Positions 14,889 through 24,072 of a stretch of 64,000 bases of DNA are shown here, one piece after another. The DNA lies in NCBI GenBank assembly GCA_949282255.1, contig CASDPA010000009.1, positions 4,646 through 68,645 of the forward strand, written 5' to 3'. The translations under genes were made by a program, and so were the position numbers. Each line of letters starts with the position of its first letter. The first letter of the stretch is position 1. Source of the stretch: an uncultured Spirochaetales bacterium (GTDB taxonomy: Bacteria; Spirochaetota; Spirochaetia; Sphaerochaetales; Sphaerochaetaceae). Under the pieces are notes generated by a model that did not search any database, was not told the DNA's origin, and saw only the letters and a program-made list of their open reading frames with translations.

Positions 14889-17234
14889 TCATATCAGTAT
14901 TCCGATGGTGTGCACAACAAACGCTACAAACCATGCTATCAGACATTGCAGGACAACTACAGCTATGCTCCATCTTCTCCCTAATTCCCTTCTTACCGTT
15001 GCGATTGCTGCTACACAAGGAGTGTAGAGCAGTGTGAATACTAGGAATACGAATGCAGAGAACTGGGTAAACATGCCTTTAAGGGCTGCAATATCTCCGC
15101 CAAGGAGTACCACCAGCGTGCTTACAACACTTTCCTTTGCTGTAAAGCCTGTTATCAGTGCCGTGGAAATCCTCCAGTCATTAAATCCAAGAGGGGCGAA
15201 AACCGGAGCAATCAGCGAGCCGAGGGATGCAAGCATGCTGTAGGATGAATCGGTTACAAGATTGAGCCTTATGTCGAAGCTTTGCAGGAACCAGACGATG
15301 ATCGTTGCAAAGAATATAAGCGTGAAAGCTCTTGTAATGAAGTCCTTGGTTTTCTCCCATATCAGCTGGGATACGTTCTTTGCTCTTGGCATCCTGTAGT
15401 TTGGAAGCTCCAGCACGAACGGTACGGGGTTGCCCTTGAATCCGGTTGACTTTAAAATAAGTGCGGCAATTATTCCGACAATGATGCCTATCAGATATAG
15501 CCCGATCATAACAAGGCTCTGGCATGAACTGAAGAATGCAGCAGTAAAAAGAGCATATATGGGAAGCTTTGCAGAACATGACATGAACGGTGTCAATAGG
15601 ATTGTCATCTTCCTATCCCTTTCGGATGAGAGCGTCCTGGTGGCCATTATTGCGGGAACCGTGCACCCGAATCCGATCAGCATAGGCACAAAGCTGCGGC
15701 CAGAAAGCCCGATTTTTCTTAGAATCTTATCCATAACAAAGGAAACCCGGGCCATGTATCCACTGTCTTCGAGTATCGAAAGAAAGAAGAACAGAACGAC
15801 TATGATCGGAAGGAAGCTCAGAACGCTTCCAACTCCTGCGAATATGCCATCGATTACAAGAGAATGGACCACCGGGTTCAGTCCGAATGCCGTAAGGCCG
15901 GAATCCACCACAGCTGTAAGCTTGTCGATACCCATGGCCAGAAGATCGGACAATCCGGTTCCCAGCGGTCCGAAAGTTAAATAAAATATCAGGGCCATTA
16001 TCAGCAGAAATGCAGGTATTGCCGTAAATCTTCCGGTGAGGATCTTGTCCGCCCTTAAACTTCTTATCCTTTGTTTGCTCTCCGACGGCTTTACAACGCT
16101 CTCGTCGCATACGGCTTCTATAAAAGAAAATCTGGAATCGGCAAGGGATGCCTCCCTGTCGCTTCCCGATTCACTTTCAAGCTGGAGCAATATATGCTCC
16201 AACGTCTCTTTTTCGTTTTCATCCAGCTCGAGCTGCTCAAGTATCGGTTCGTCGTTTTCTATTAGTTTCGAAGCGGCAAAACGAACAGGCAGCCCACTTC
16301 TTTTTGCATGGTCTTCGATAAGGTGCATGATGGCGTGCAGGCTTCTGTGCATCGCCGTATCACTGTTGCTCCCTTCTGAAGGGCAGAAATCGACTCTGCC
16401 CGGGCTTTCCTTGAACCTGGCCACATGCATGGCATGCTCTATCAATTCTGCAATGCCTTCATTCTTCGCTGCGGATATGGGCACCACTGGAACGCCCAGC
16501 GCCTCCTCAAGCCTGTTGATATCTATGGTCTCTCCATTTTCTCTGACTTCGTCCATCATGTTCAGGGCAATGACAATCGGAATGTCCAGCTCGATGAGCT
16601 GCATCGTCAGATAAAGGTTCCTTTCTATGTTCGTTGCATCAACGATGTTTATGATCCCATCAGGCCTGTCCTTTATCAGAAAATCCCTTGTGACTATCTC
16701 CTCGTTTGAAAAAGGGGAGAGTGAGTATATGCCAGGAAGATCGACGACGGTTGCATTTTGTCCACGGATTTTCCCGTCTTTCCTGTCCACTGTGACTCCG
16801 GGAAAGTTGCCGACATGTTGGTTGGAGCCTGTAAGCTGGTTGAAAAGTGTGGTCTTACCGCTGTTTTGGTTTCCTGCAAGTGCGAATGTGATACTAACAC
16901 TTTCCGGAATAAGAGGCTTGTCCCCCGGCTTATGCTGCATCTTTTCCCCGATTTGCGGGTGTGCGATGCTTTTTTTTCTCTCCGATACTTTTCCTCTGTT
17001 TTCTGGAGCATCGGCACTCATGATACTTATCTGTGCCGCATCCTCTTTCCTTAGCGTAAGTTCGTAACCTCTCACGCATAATTCGATCGGATCGCCCATC
17101 GGGGCTATTTTAACCAATGTGACTATTGTTTCCGGAGTCAGTCCCATATCAAGCAGATGTCTGCGTACAACACGGGGCCCGCCGACTGCGACTATTTTTG
17201 CCGATTTGTTTATTTCCAGCTTGTCTAGCGTCAT
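14889..17234 (-). CDS. feoB: ferrous iron transporter, FeoA-FeoB fusion
   Basis: 781 aa. It has an N-terminal FeoA-like SH3 segment (about 75 aa), a G-domain (GNQNSGKTTLFN, DLPG, NMMD), and a polytopic FeoB membrane domain. Confidence 0.92.
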   Translation of the reverse strand: MTLDKLEINKSAKIVAVGGPRVVRRHLLDMGLTPETIVTLVKIAPMGDPIELCVRGYELTLRKEDAAQISIMSADAPENRGKVSERKKSIAHPQIGEKMQHKPGDKPLIPESVSITFALAGNQNSGKTTLFNQLTGSNQHVGNFPGVTVDRKDGKIRGQNATVVDLPGIYSLSPFSNEEIVTRDFLIKDRPDGIINIVDATNIERNLYLTMQLIELDIPIVIALNMMDEVRENGETIDINRLEEALGVPVVPISAAKNEGIAELIEHAMHVARFKESPGRVDFCPSEGSNSDTAMHRSLHAIMHLIEDHAKRSGLPVRFAASKLIENDEPILEQLELDENEKETLEHILLQLESESGSDREASLADSRFSFIEAVCDESVVKPSESKQRIRSLRADKILTGRFTAIPAFLLIMALIFYLTFGPLGTGLSDLLAMGIDKLTAVVDSGLTAFGLNPVVHSLVIDGIFAGVGSVLSFLPIIVVLFFFLSILEDSGYMARVSFVMDKILRKIGLSGRSFVPMLIGFGCTVPAIMATRTLSSERDRKMTILLTPFMSCSAKLPIYALFTAAFFSSCQSLVMIGLYLIGIIVGIIAALILKSTGFKGNPVPFVLELPNYRMPRAKNVSQLIWEKTKDFITRAFTLIFFATIIVWFLQSFDIRLNLVTDSSYSMLASLGSLIAPVFAPLGFNDWRISTALITGFTAKESVVSTLVVLLGGDIAALKGMFTQFSAFVFLVFTLLYTPCVAAIATVRRELGRRWSIAVVVLQCLIAWFVAFVVHTIGILI

Positions 17235-17304
17235 ATATCTCTCTCAGCTTGGATGATATAGCCGAGCATTACATTTATTCAAGATGTGTGGGATAAATAA
17301 AAAT

Positions 17305-17376
17305 TACTCCCGGGCGGAATCGAACCGCCACTGTTCCCTCCGGAGGGGAATGTAATATCCATTTTACTACGGGAGC
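17305..17376 (-). tRNA. tRNA-Arg (anticodon CCG)
   Basis: I folded this by hand into a cloverleaf. Acceptor GCUCCCG/CGGGAGU (G1-U72 wobble). 4-bp D-stem with a GG-containing loop. Anticodon stem UUCCC/GGGAA with loop C-U-CCG-G-A. 4-nt variable loop. T-arm GGCGG-UUCGAUU-CCGCC. Discriminator A. CCA is not encoded. Confidence 0.85.
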
Positions 17377-17443
17377 ACTAGAAAGATGTTTACAGGTTTC
17401 TTTACAAATTGTCAATTATTTTATCCTGCCAGGGCGCCGGCAT

Positions 17444-18439
17444 TCATATTTTTATCTGAAGCGGTTCCAGATATTTGCCTGTTTTCCATTTGTTTATGAG
17501 CGTGGAGCAGAGTTTCTGCCCTAGTATTTTGAAAGATGGTCCTACCGCCTTGATCGGAGGCAGATAGTTTGCATAAAAGTATTCGTCGTCCGTATCGTAG
17601 ACAAGTATGTGCCTTGGGATCAGCGCCTGCCTTGAACATAGCGAGTCGATCACGTACGCCGAGGAATAGTCTCCTATGAACAGTCCCGTATGGTCATTGT
17701 AATTTCTCAATATCTCCGCCGTTTCGGAGATTCCCGAAATAGACGATATCTCGATGTATGTCGAAATGTAGCCCGCTTCGCGCACCGCGGTGTCGAAGCC
17801 CAAAAAGCGCTTGTTCTGCTGTCTGTAATATCCGAATACATAGAATTTCGTGCACCCCTCCGCCACAAGGGCTTTTCCCGCCTCGTATGAATGTTTGAAA
17901 TTATCCGTCTGCACCGAAGGAAGGATGGGCAGCTTATCAAGTATGATGTCCGAGACTATGTCCACACCCTCTCTGATCGCATGGTAGAACGGCAATTCCG
18001 AATTGGGGAAGGATAGCATTATCAGACCGTCCGCCTTCAGTGAGGTCAGATAGTTTCCGAAACTGAGGGAGCTCGTGTCAGAGAACGTGTTCATGAGGAA
18101 TTCGGTTTTTATGCCATAGTCGTCGGAAATTATTTTCGCCCCGTCGTAGAAGGATGAAAAAAAATGTCCGTCCTGCTTGTTCGATATGACATATATCGTC
18201 TTATGCCGCAGTCCCGCCGTGGCCGATTCCTTTTCCTGCACGATGATTCCCGAATTAGGTCTGGATGAAATCAGTCCTTTGTCTTTCAGTTCCTTGACCC
18301 CCCGTTGCGCCGTCTGTAGGCTGACAGAAAACTTGTCGGAGATTTCCCTCACACTCAGGTATCTGCTTCCGGCTTCGTAGTTGGTGAGTATATCCCTTCT
18401 TAAATTACGGATAAAATCTTCAAAAACTTTTTTTGGCAT
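17444..18439 (-). CDS. GntR-type wHTH regulator fused to a periplasmic-binding-protein-like sugar-sensing domain
   Basis: N-terminal GntR HTH (YLSVREISDKFSVSLQTAQRGVKELKDKGLI) followed by an about 260-aa PBP1/LacI-like ligand domain. It is divergent from the sugar ABC operon. Confidence 0.85.
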   Translation of the reverse strand: MPKKVFEDFIRNLRRDILTNYEAGSRYLSVREISDKFSVSLQTAQRGVKELKDKGLISSRPNSGIIVQEKESATAGLRHKTIYVISNKQDGHFFSSFYDGAKIISDDYGIKTEFLMNTFSDTSSLSFGNYLTSLKADGLIMLSFPNSELPFYHAIREGVDIVSDIILDKLPILPSVQTDNFKHSYEAGKALVAEGCTKFYVFGYYRQQNKRFLGFDTAVREAGYISTYIEISSISGISETAEILRNYNDHTGLFIGDYSSAYVIDSLCSRQALIPRHILVYDTDDEYFYANYLPPIKAVGPSFKILGQKLCSTLINKWKTGKYLEPLQIKI

Positions 18440-18441
18440 AT

Positions 18442-18564
18442 ATTATGATTATTTTTTTATGATATTCGTATAGTCAAGTAGAAAACACGTTAATATGGTA
18501 AATATTGCTTTATTATTATGATTTGTGTTATGAAATAATAAAAATATACTTGATGTATCATAAT
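18442..18564. promoter_or_regulatory. repeated ATTATGAT motif, candidate operator set in the divergent promoter region
   Basis: ATTATGAT at 18442-18449 and 18515-18522, TTATGATA at 18458-18465, and the inverted copy ATCATAAT at 18557-18564. Confidence 0.3.
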
Positions 18565-18571
18565 ATTTTCC

Positions 18572-18600
18572 TTTACAGTTGAAAAAACTGCAAATATACT
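18572..18600 (+). promoter_or_regulatory. candidate sigma70-type promoter of the sugar ABC operon
   Basis: TTTACA (18572-18577), 17-nt spacer, TATACT (18595-18600), 30 nt upstream of the ATG at 18630. Confidence 0.35.
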
Positions 18601-18629
18601 GGGCTTGAAATCCAGAAAAGGAGGAGAAT

Positions 18630-19943
18630 ATGAAGAAATTAGTTTCTATTGTCGGAATTATTCTTTTGATCTGCAGTGGAACCGTATTTGCAAGCGGCTC
18701 GTCTGAAAAAGACGATCAGATCACACTTGTGTGGTACCAGTGGTTTGATGCCGAAACACATGAGACGGAATTGAAGCCCATAATCGAGGAATTTGAGAAA
18801 ACGCACCCGAACGTGCACATCGAACTTGCCGCCATTTCCAGCGAGACATATTGGGACAGGCTCGCCCTGGATATCGCAAGCAATGCCGAAGGCGATATCA
18901 TAACACTCGATACGGGAGCCGGACTCGAAGGTTATTATTCCCAGCGCAAGGGTGGGGTGTTCATTCCGCTTGACGACTACATAAAAGGTTATGTTCTTGA
19001 TGACGGCACAAGACTGGAGGAGGACATCTACATGATTGATTCCGTCAAAAAGAATGGAAAGATCGTTGCCTTGCCGTATATCATGTTCAGCGCACCGATG
19101 ACGGCCTATAGGAAATCCACCCTTGAGAAATACGGTGTGGATCCTTCCGAGCTCGCGACATGGGATACCTATTTCGAAGCGGCGAAGAAGCTTACGGTCG
19201 ATGAGAACGGCGATGGCGCCGTCGATGTTTATGGATGGGGCCATCCGACATATGTCGAGACGCTGTCAAGATGGTGGCACATGCATTGGCTTTGGACGGC
19301 CGGCGGAGGTATTTTCCCAAATGAGGAGGGACCTTATACTGCCGACAGGCTGATTTTCAACTGTGAGGAGAACGTCAGGGCAGTCGAGTTCCTAAAGAAG
19401 ATGTTCGACTCCTGTGCTCCGGACGGACTTCGGACGGTTACGGACATCCATGCGATGTTTGCGAACGGATCGATCGCCACATGCCAGATGGCCGTATGGA
19501 CCTTGGCGAACTTCCAGGCGATGATGGGCGACGGGTATGAGACTGATCTGGGTATGATCCCGTTCCCGAGCGACGGCGACAATGAGCCCGTGCTTGTCTC
19601 ATGGGGCAATCCTCTTGCAATCTCCTCGAACTGCGAGCATCCGGACGAAGCCTTCGAGTTCATCGCATTCCTGCATTCCAAATATGCGCAGAAGCTTGCG
19701 ATGAGACGTGCGGCTCCCACCAACAAGCTCGTATACGATGATTATGCGGTGGATAATCCCAAGCAGGCAGAATTCATACAGACCTGCCAGAACTTCGAAA
19801 TGAGGATTGTTCCCGATATCGTCCAGTGGAACGAATTCGACCACATCGTACAGCAGTCTATCTCCGATGCGCTGCTCGGTACGAAATCGGTAAAGGACGC
19901 GCTTGATTGGGGACAGCAGGAGATGGCTAAGGCCCTGCAATAG
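18630..19943 (+). CDS. sugar ABC transporter substrate-binding protein (CUT1, family 1)
   Basis: 437 aa with RBS AGGAGGAG, a signal peptide (...GTVFASGSSEKD) and typical family-1 solute-binding composition. Confidence 0.9.
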   Translation: MKKLVSIVGIILLICSGTVFASGSSEKDDQITLVWYQWFDAETHETELKPIIEEFEKTHPNVHIELAAISSETYWDRLALDIASNAEGDIITLDTGAGLEGYYSQRKGGVFIPLDDYIKGYVLDDGTRLEEDIYMIDSVKKNGKIVALPYIMFSAPMTAYRKSTLEKYGVDPSELATWDTYFEAAKKLTVDENGDGAVDVYGWGHPTYVETLSRWWHMHWLWTAGGGIFPNEEGPYTADRLIFNCEENVRAVEFLKKMFDSCAPDGLRTVTDIHAMFANGSIATCQMAVWTLANFQAMMGDGYETDLGMIPFPSDGDNEPVLVSWGNPLAISSNCEHPDEAFEFIAFLHSKYAQKLAMRRAAPTNKLVYDDYAVDNPKQAEFIQTCQNFEMRIVPDIVQWNEFDHIVQQSISDALLGTKSVKDALDWGQQEMAKALQ

Positions 19944-19955
19944 TTTGTATTTGTC

Positions 19956-19980
19956 GGGCAGGCTTGTCCTGCCCTTTTTT
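19956..19980 (+). terminator. intra-operon stem-loop/terminator after the binding-protein gene
   Basis: GGGCAGG-CTTGT-CCTGCCC followed by T6. It sits between the SBP and permease genes, the usual arrangement for SBP over-expression. Confidence 0.75.
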
Positions 19981-19997
19981 GATAGGAGGAGAAAAGG

Positions 19998-20894
19998 ATG
20001 CAAAAGGTTGTTTCCGTAGAGAATAGACAAAGAATCGTCGTGCTGCAGTTTATTCTCCCCGCACTTTTGATTCTATGCGTATTCGTCTTTTATCCGATTT
20101 TAAAAACGATCGTGATGTCTTTCCAGGAATGGAATCTGATATCCCCGTCCGATGAGCACGAGTTTGTTGGATTGGCGAACTACAGGGCGGTGTTCGGCAT
20201 CACCCATTTCTCCCAGATGGTTACAACGACTTTGGTCTATACGGTGTTCAGCGTCGCGGGAAAAATGCTTCTGGGTCTTGGTGTAGCCCTGCTGTTCAAC
20301 AGGCCATTCAGGGGCAGGGCGCTTGCAAGAGGTTTCATGCTCATACCATGGGCGATGCCCACGGTCGTGGCCTGCAACGTATTTCTCATCGCTTTGGATC
20401 CGAATTACGGGATTCTGACGGAATTGTTCAAGATGCTGTTCCGTCTCGCCAAGCTGGACGTGTTCTCAAATACCACTTCTAGCCTTGTCGCGGTGATAAT
20501 CATCGGAATATGGAAGAATTTTCCGTTCATCTCCCTGATGCTACTTGCTGCGTTGAGCGGAATACCGAAGGACTATTACGATGCGGCGTCCATAGACGGA
20601 GCGAACGCGCTTGTAAAATTCAAGTGTGTGACATGGCCGCAGATAAAACCAATATGGAACACATTGCTCGTTCTGCAGATACTATGGACTGTGAAGGAAT
20701 TCGAGCTTATCTATCTCATCACGCGTGGAGGGCCCAACAACGCAACGAATGTCATGGGCATAGATATCTATCTGAACGCCTTCAGATATTATAAGATCGG
20801 CATGGCAAGTGCGGAAGGCGTCATGCTCCTGCTGATATGCGTTGTCTTCGCCATCGTATATTTCCGCGGAGTGAACAAAGAGGAGGCCGAGTGA
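19998..20894 (+). CDS. sugar ABC permease (MalF/UgpA-like)
   Basis: 298 aa, 6 TM, EAA-type loop AASIDGANALVKFKCVTWPQIKP. Confidence 0.9.
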   Translation: MQKVVSVENRQRIVVLQFILPALLILCVFVFYPILKTIVMSFQEWNLISPSDEHEFVGLANYRAVFGITHFSQMVTTTLVYTVFSVAGKMLLGLGVALLFNRPFRGRALARGFMLIPWAMPTVVACNVFLIALDPNYGILTELFKMLFRLAKLDVFSNTTSSLVAVIIIGIWKNFPFISLMLLAALSGIPKDYYDAASIDGANALVKFKCVTWPQIKPIWNTLLVLQILWTVKEFELIYLITRGGPNNATNVMGIDIYLNAFRYYKIGMASAEGVMLLLICVVFAIVYFRGVNKEEAE

Positions 20895-20895
20895 T

Positions 20896-21741
20896 ATGAC
20901 ATTGAGAAGAAGATTGAACGGCGTCGTGATGTATGCCCTGATCATACTCGTATGCCTGGTGGTTGTCACACCGTTCGTGATAATGATTTCCTATTCGCTC
21001 CGTTCCACGCAGGATATCTTCGCATTGGACCACAGCCTCATCCCTGCAAATCCAACGCTGGATGCATATAAGAACGCCCTGTTCAACTACAAGTTCAGCG
21101 GATCAGGTTTTCTCAGATGGTCGTGGAACAGTATATGGGTGTGCGGTATAGCTACTTTTCTAGCCATATTCTTCTCTGCTATGTTGGGGTACGCTATCTC
21201 GCGCTTTAGGTTTACGGGAAAGAAGGTTTTCTGGTTTTTGATCGCATTGACACAGACCATTCCATGGATAATCATACTCATCCCTTATTATATGACCGTC
21301 TCAAGCATGGGGATGACCAACAACCTGTGGGTTCTTATGATAACGTACTGTGCGGTGTTCATGCCCACCAGCGCATGGCTGTTCGTCGGTTTCTTCAATA
21401 AGATAGGAATCGAGGTGGAGGAGGCGGCGAAGATAGACGGATGTTCGTCCTGGGGCGTGTTCTTCAGGATAATAATACCGTTGTCAATATCTTCGATTTC
21501 CGCCATAGCCCTCGTGGCGTTCGTCACAGGATGGGGGGATTATCTGTTTTCCGCCACGTTCATCAAACGGGCCAGCTATTGGACTCTTCCTCTGGGCCTT
21601 ACCAGCTTCAGGGGTGAGTTCTTCATACAGTGGGCGGAGATCATGGCGATGTCCACGATTGTCACAATCCCGATTGTCGCACTGTTCGTTTTCCTGCAGA
21701 GATATCTTGTTGATATGATGTCCGGAAGTGTAAAACAGTAG
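20896..21741 (+). CDS. sugar ABC permease (MalG/UgpE-like)
   Basis: 281 aa, 6 TM, EAA loop EAAKIDGCSSWGVFFRIIIP. Confidence 0.9.
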   Translation: MTLRRRLNGVVMYALIILVCLVVVTPFVIMISYSLRSTQDIFALDHSLIPANPTLDAYKNALFNYKFSGSGFLRWSWNSIWVCGIATFLAIFFSAMLGYAISRFRFTGKKVFWFLIALTQTIPWIIILIPYYMTVSSMGMTNNLWVLMITYCAVFMPTSAWLFVGFFNKIGIEVEEAAKIDGCSSWGVFFRIIIPLSISSISAIALVAFVTGWGDYLFSATFIKRASYWTLPLGLTSFRGEFFIQWAEIMAMSTIVTIPIVALFVFLQRYLVDMMSGSVKQ

Positions 21742-21753
21742 TAAGGAGATTCT

Positions 21754-22850
21754 ATGTTGTTTGGAAATTTATCATCCATTGCGGAGATCGAACCTCGGGA
21801 ATCACGGTCTATTTCCGCAGAGAACCCGACGGGGGAGAAGGGCGGTGGAGGGCGTGCGTCGAGCATCCTGGGCCCGGGGCGCAAAGGAAAGGCTTATCTG
21901 GATCTGGAGGATGGCAAGGAGACCGTGCTGGCCGATATCCAAGGGCCGGGGGTGATAAACCACATCTGGATAACAGTGCAGGACAGTACGTCGAAAGGTG
22001 AGTTCGTACTCCGCGATCTGGTGCTGAGGATGTACTGGGACGGATCCCCAATTCCTTCGGTCGAGGTCCCCCTGGGGGATTTCTTCTGTTGCGGATTTTC
22101 CGCAAAATGCCAGGTCTCGTCCCTTCCGATAGCCGTCGCCCCTTACGGCGGATTCAACTGTTTCTTTCCCATGCCGTTCAAAAAACATGCGAGGATAACC
22201 GTTGAAAACCAGCATGGCTGCCTTATTCATGCGTTCTTTTTTACCATCAATTACTGCCTTGTCGAAGCCTTAGGCGAAAAGACCGGGTACTTCCACGCCC
22301 AGTGGCGCAGGACGAAGTATTCTTCCATAGGATGCGACCATGTCATCCTGGACGGGGTCGAGGGGGCCGGACAATATGTCGGAACATATCTGGCCTGGAC
22401 CGCTCTCGAACGTTACTGGTGGGGGGAAGGCGAGATAAAGTTCTATATCGACGGGGATGGAGAATACCCGACGATCTGCGGTACGGGCGTCGAGGATTAT
22501 GTCGGCGGAGCCTGGGGGTTTTTTGAAAAGGACCAGTACGGTGTGGTATCCAGACAGGAAACCACATACTGTCTTCCGTTCATGGGGTATCCATATCATA
22601 GCTGCGTGAGCGGCACGGTGCCTATATACGGCTATGATGCCGTTCCCGCCACGGCCTTTACAGGTGGCATATCCCCGATCCAATCTATTTCAGCAAAGAT
22701 ATCAGGGTGGAGATACAACAGATAGGCCATAACGGGGATCATCTTTTCGAAAGGGCGGACGACGTGGCCAGCGTGGCATATTGGTATCATCTGGGGGTGA
22801 ATGGGAACATGCCTGTCTTCCCAAAAAGAAAAGACCGGTTGCCCAGATGA
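21754..22850 (+). pseudogene. DUF2961 / GH172-family glycoside hydrolase, interrupted by a 1-nt frameshift near 22657-22659
   Basis: The track ORF 21754..22725 aligns along its length with the downstream paralog up to ...PATAF. The paralog-like C-terminus (YRWHIPDPIYFSKDIRVEIQQIG...VAYWY...RLPR, stop 22848-22850) continues in the +2 frame. Restoring one T in the run at 22657-22659 gives AFYRWH, matching the paralog's RAFYRWH. Confidence 0.8.
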
Positions 22851-22874
22851 CCGGACAGGTAAGGAGAATAGTAT

Positions 22875-23966
22875 ATGTTTGACAGCGGTTTGTATAAAAG
22901 GAACAAGATATATTCATATGCCATCAATGCGGAGAACCCTACCGGCGGAAGGGGCTGCGGAGGTCGTTCGGCATCCCCGCTCGGTGTCGCCCGCAAAGGT
23001 AGTCCCTGCTTCAGGAACGTAAGGCCTGGTGAGGTTGTGACATTGGCGGATATCAAAGGAACGGGAAAAATAACCCACATATGGGCGACGGTTGACGACC
23101 GCACATCGGACAGCGAGCGCTTCGTCTTGCGCGATCTTGTCCTTAGGATGTATTGGGACGGCGAGGCGTATCCGTCTGTCGAAGTACCGTTGGGGGATTT
23201 CTTTTGCAACGGATTCGGCGAGACCTACCTTGTCGAATCGATTCCTGTGTCGGTAGTTCCGTCCAGGGGATTCAACTGCTTTTTCCCGATGCCGTTCGGA
23301 AAAAGCGCCCTCATAACGCTGGAGAACCAGCACGCGGAGGATATTCCCGCTTTTTTCTATCAGATAGATTACACGCTGGGCGATGATGTCGACGAGGACA
23401 CCTTCTATTTCCATGCCAGGTGGAGGAGGGAGAACCCGACCATGTTGAAAAAAGACTACACTGTCTTGGATGATGTCAGGGGGGAAGGGGCCTATATCGG
23501 TACTTTTATTGCGATGTCGACTCTTTCAAGATATTGGTACGGCGAAGGGGAGATGAAATTCTATCTCGACGGCGATTCGGATTTTCCTACGATCTGCGGT
23601 ACCGGTATGGAGGATTATTTCGGAGGATCCTGGAGCTTTGCGAAACAGGATGGGGGAAAAACCGTCGAAAGAACCTTCAACTCGCCGTTCCTCGGCTACC
23701 CGTTTTACAGCAGGCACGATGAGAACCTGCACAACAACTATCACAATGACGACTGCCCGCCCATGCGCGCGTTCTATAGATGGCACCTCATGGATCCCGT
23801 GTATTTCAAAAAGGATATCAGGGTCACGCTGCAGCAGATAGGGGTCTGCCATAAAGGGCTTTTCGAAAGGCAGGACGATTTGTCTTCGGTTGCCTATTGG
23901 TATCAGAGCGAGCCTCATGTGGCTTTCCCCGCGCTTGTTCCGGTTGAGGAGCGCTGGCCTCGTTAG
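22875..23966 (+). CDS. DUF2961 / GH172-family glycoside hydrolase
   Basis: 363-aa intact paralog of the preceding gene. Shared blocks include AENPTG, THIW, VLRDLVLRMYWDG, VEVPLGDFFC, GFNCFFPMPF, ICGTG.EDY and YRWH. The RBS context GTAAGGAGA is the same as for the upstream copy. Confidence 0.88.
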   Translation: MFDSGLYKRNKIYSYAINAENPTGGRGCGGRSASPLGVARKGSPCFRNVRPGEVVTLADIKGTGKITHIWATVDDRTSDSERFVLRDLVLRMYWDGEAYPSVEVPLGDFFCNGFGETYLVESIPVSVVPSRGFNCFFPMPFGKSALITLENQHAEDIPAFFYQIDYTLGDDVDEDTFYFHARWRRENPTMLKKDYTVLDDVRGEGAYIGTFIAMSTLSRYWYGEGEMKFYLDGDSDFPTICGTGMEDYFGGSWSFAKQDGGKTVERTFNSPFLGYPFYSRHDENLHNNYHNDDCPPMRAFYRWHLMDPVYFKKDIRVTLQQIGVCHKGLFERQDDLSSVAYWYQSEPHVAFPALVPVEERWPR

Positions 23967-23984
23967 TGCCAGCTGCCGCCGGTT

Positions 23985-24008
23985 TCCGCTGTAAGGCGGA
24001 TTTTTTTT
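23985..24008 (+). terminator. Rho-independent terminator
   Basis: TCCGC-TGTAAG-GCGGA followed by T8 (24001-24008). Confidence 0.7.
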
Positions 24009-24018
24009 CGCGATGTTA

Positions 24019-24034
24019 ATCCAAAAATTTGGAT
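24019..24034. promoter_or_regulatory. perfect 16-bp palindrome ATCCAAAAATTTGGAT (candidate operator)
   Basis: A 7+2+7 palindrome. A related half-site, TTTTTGGAT, recurs at 24103-24111 just before the lacI-type gene start. Confidence 0.3.
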
Positions 24035-24044
24035 AAAATTTTTA

Positions 24045-24072
24045 TTGTCAACATACAGTATTATGTTAAAAT
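24045..24072 (+). promoter_or_regulatory. candidate extended -10 promoter for the lacI-led operon
   Basis: TTGTCA (24045-24050), 16-nt spacer ending in TGT, TAAAAT (24067-24072). Confidence 0.35.

Noticed and set aside
17235-17443. Searched around tRNA-Arg for an integrase gene, or a direct repeat of the tRNA 3' end, marking a classical genomic island.
   Set aside because: No integrase ORF lies in the flanks, and I found no repeat of the tRNA 3' segment at the far end (about 24.0 kb). The island idea therefore rests only on composition and gene content.
21802-22683. Cluster of 70-140-aa ORFs on both strands across the GH172 genes (for example 21802-22230 and 22270-22683).
   Set aside because: GC-rich DNA produces long stop-free alternative frames. 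These are Arg/Pro-rich and overlap well-supported paralogous genes.
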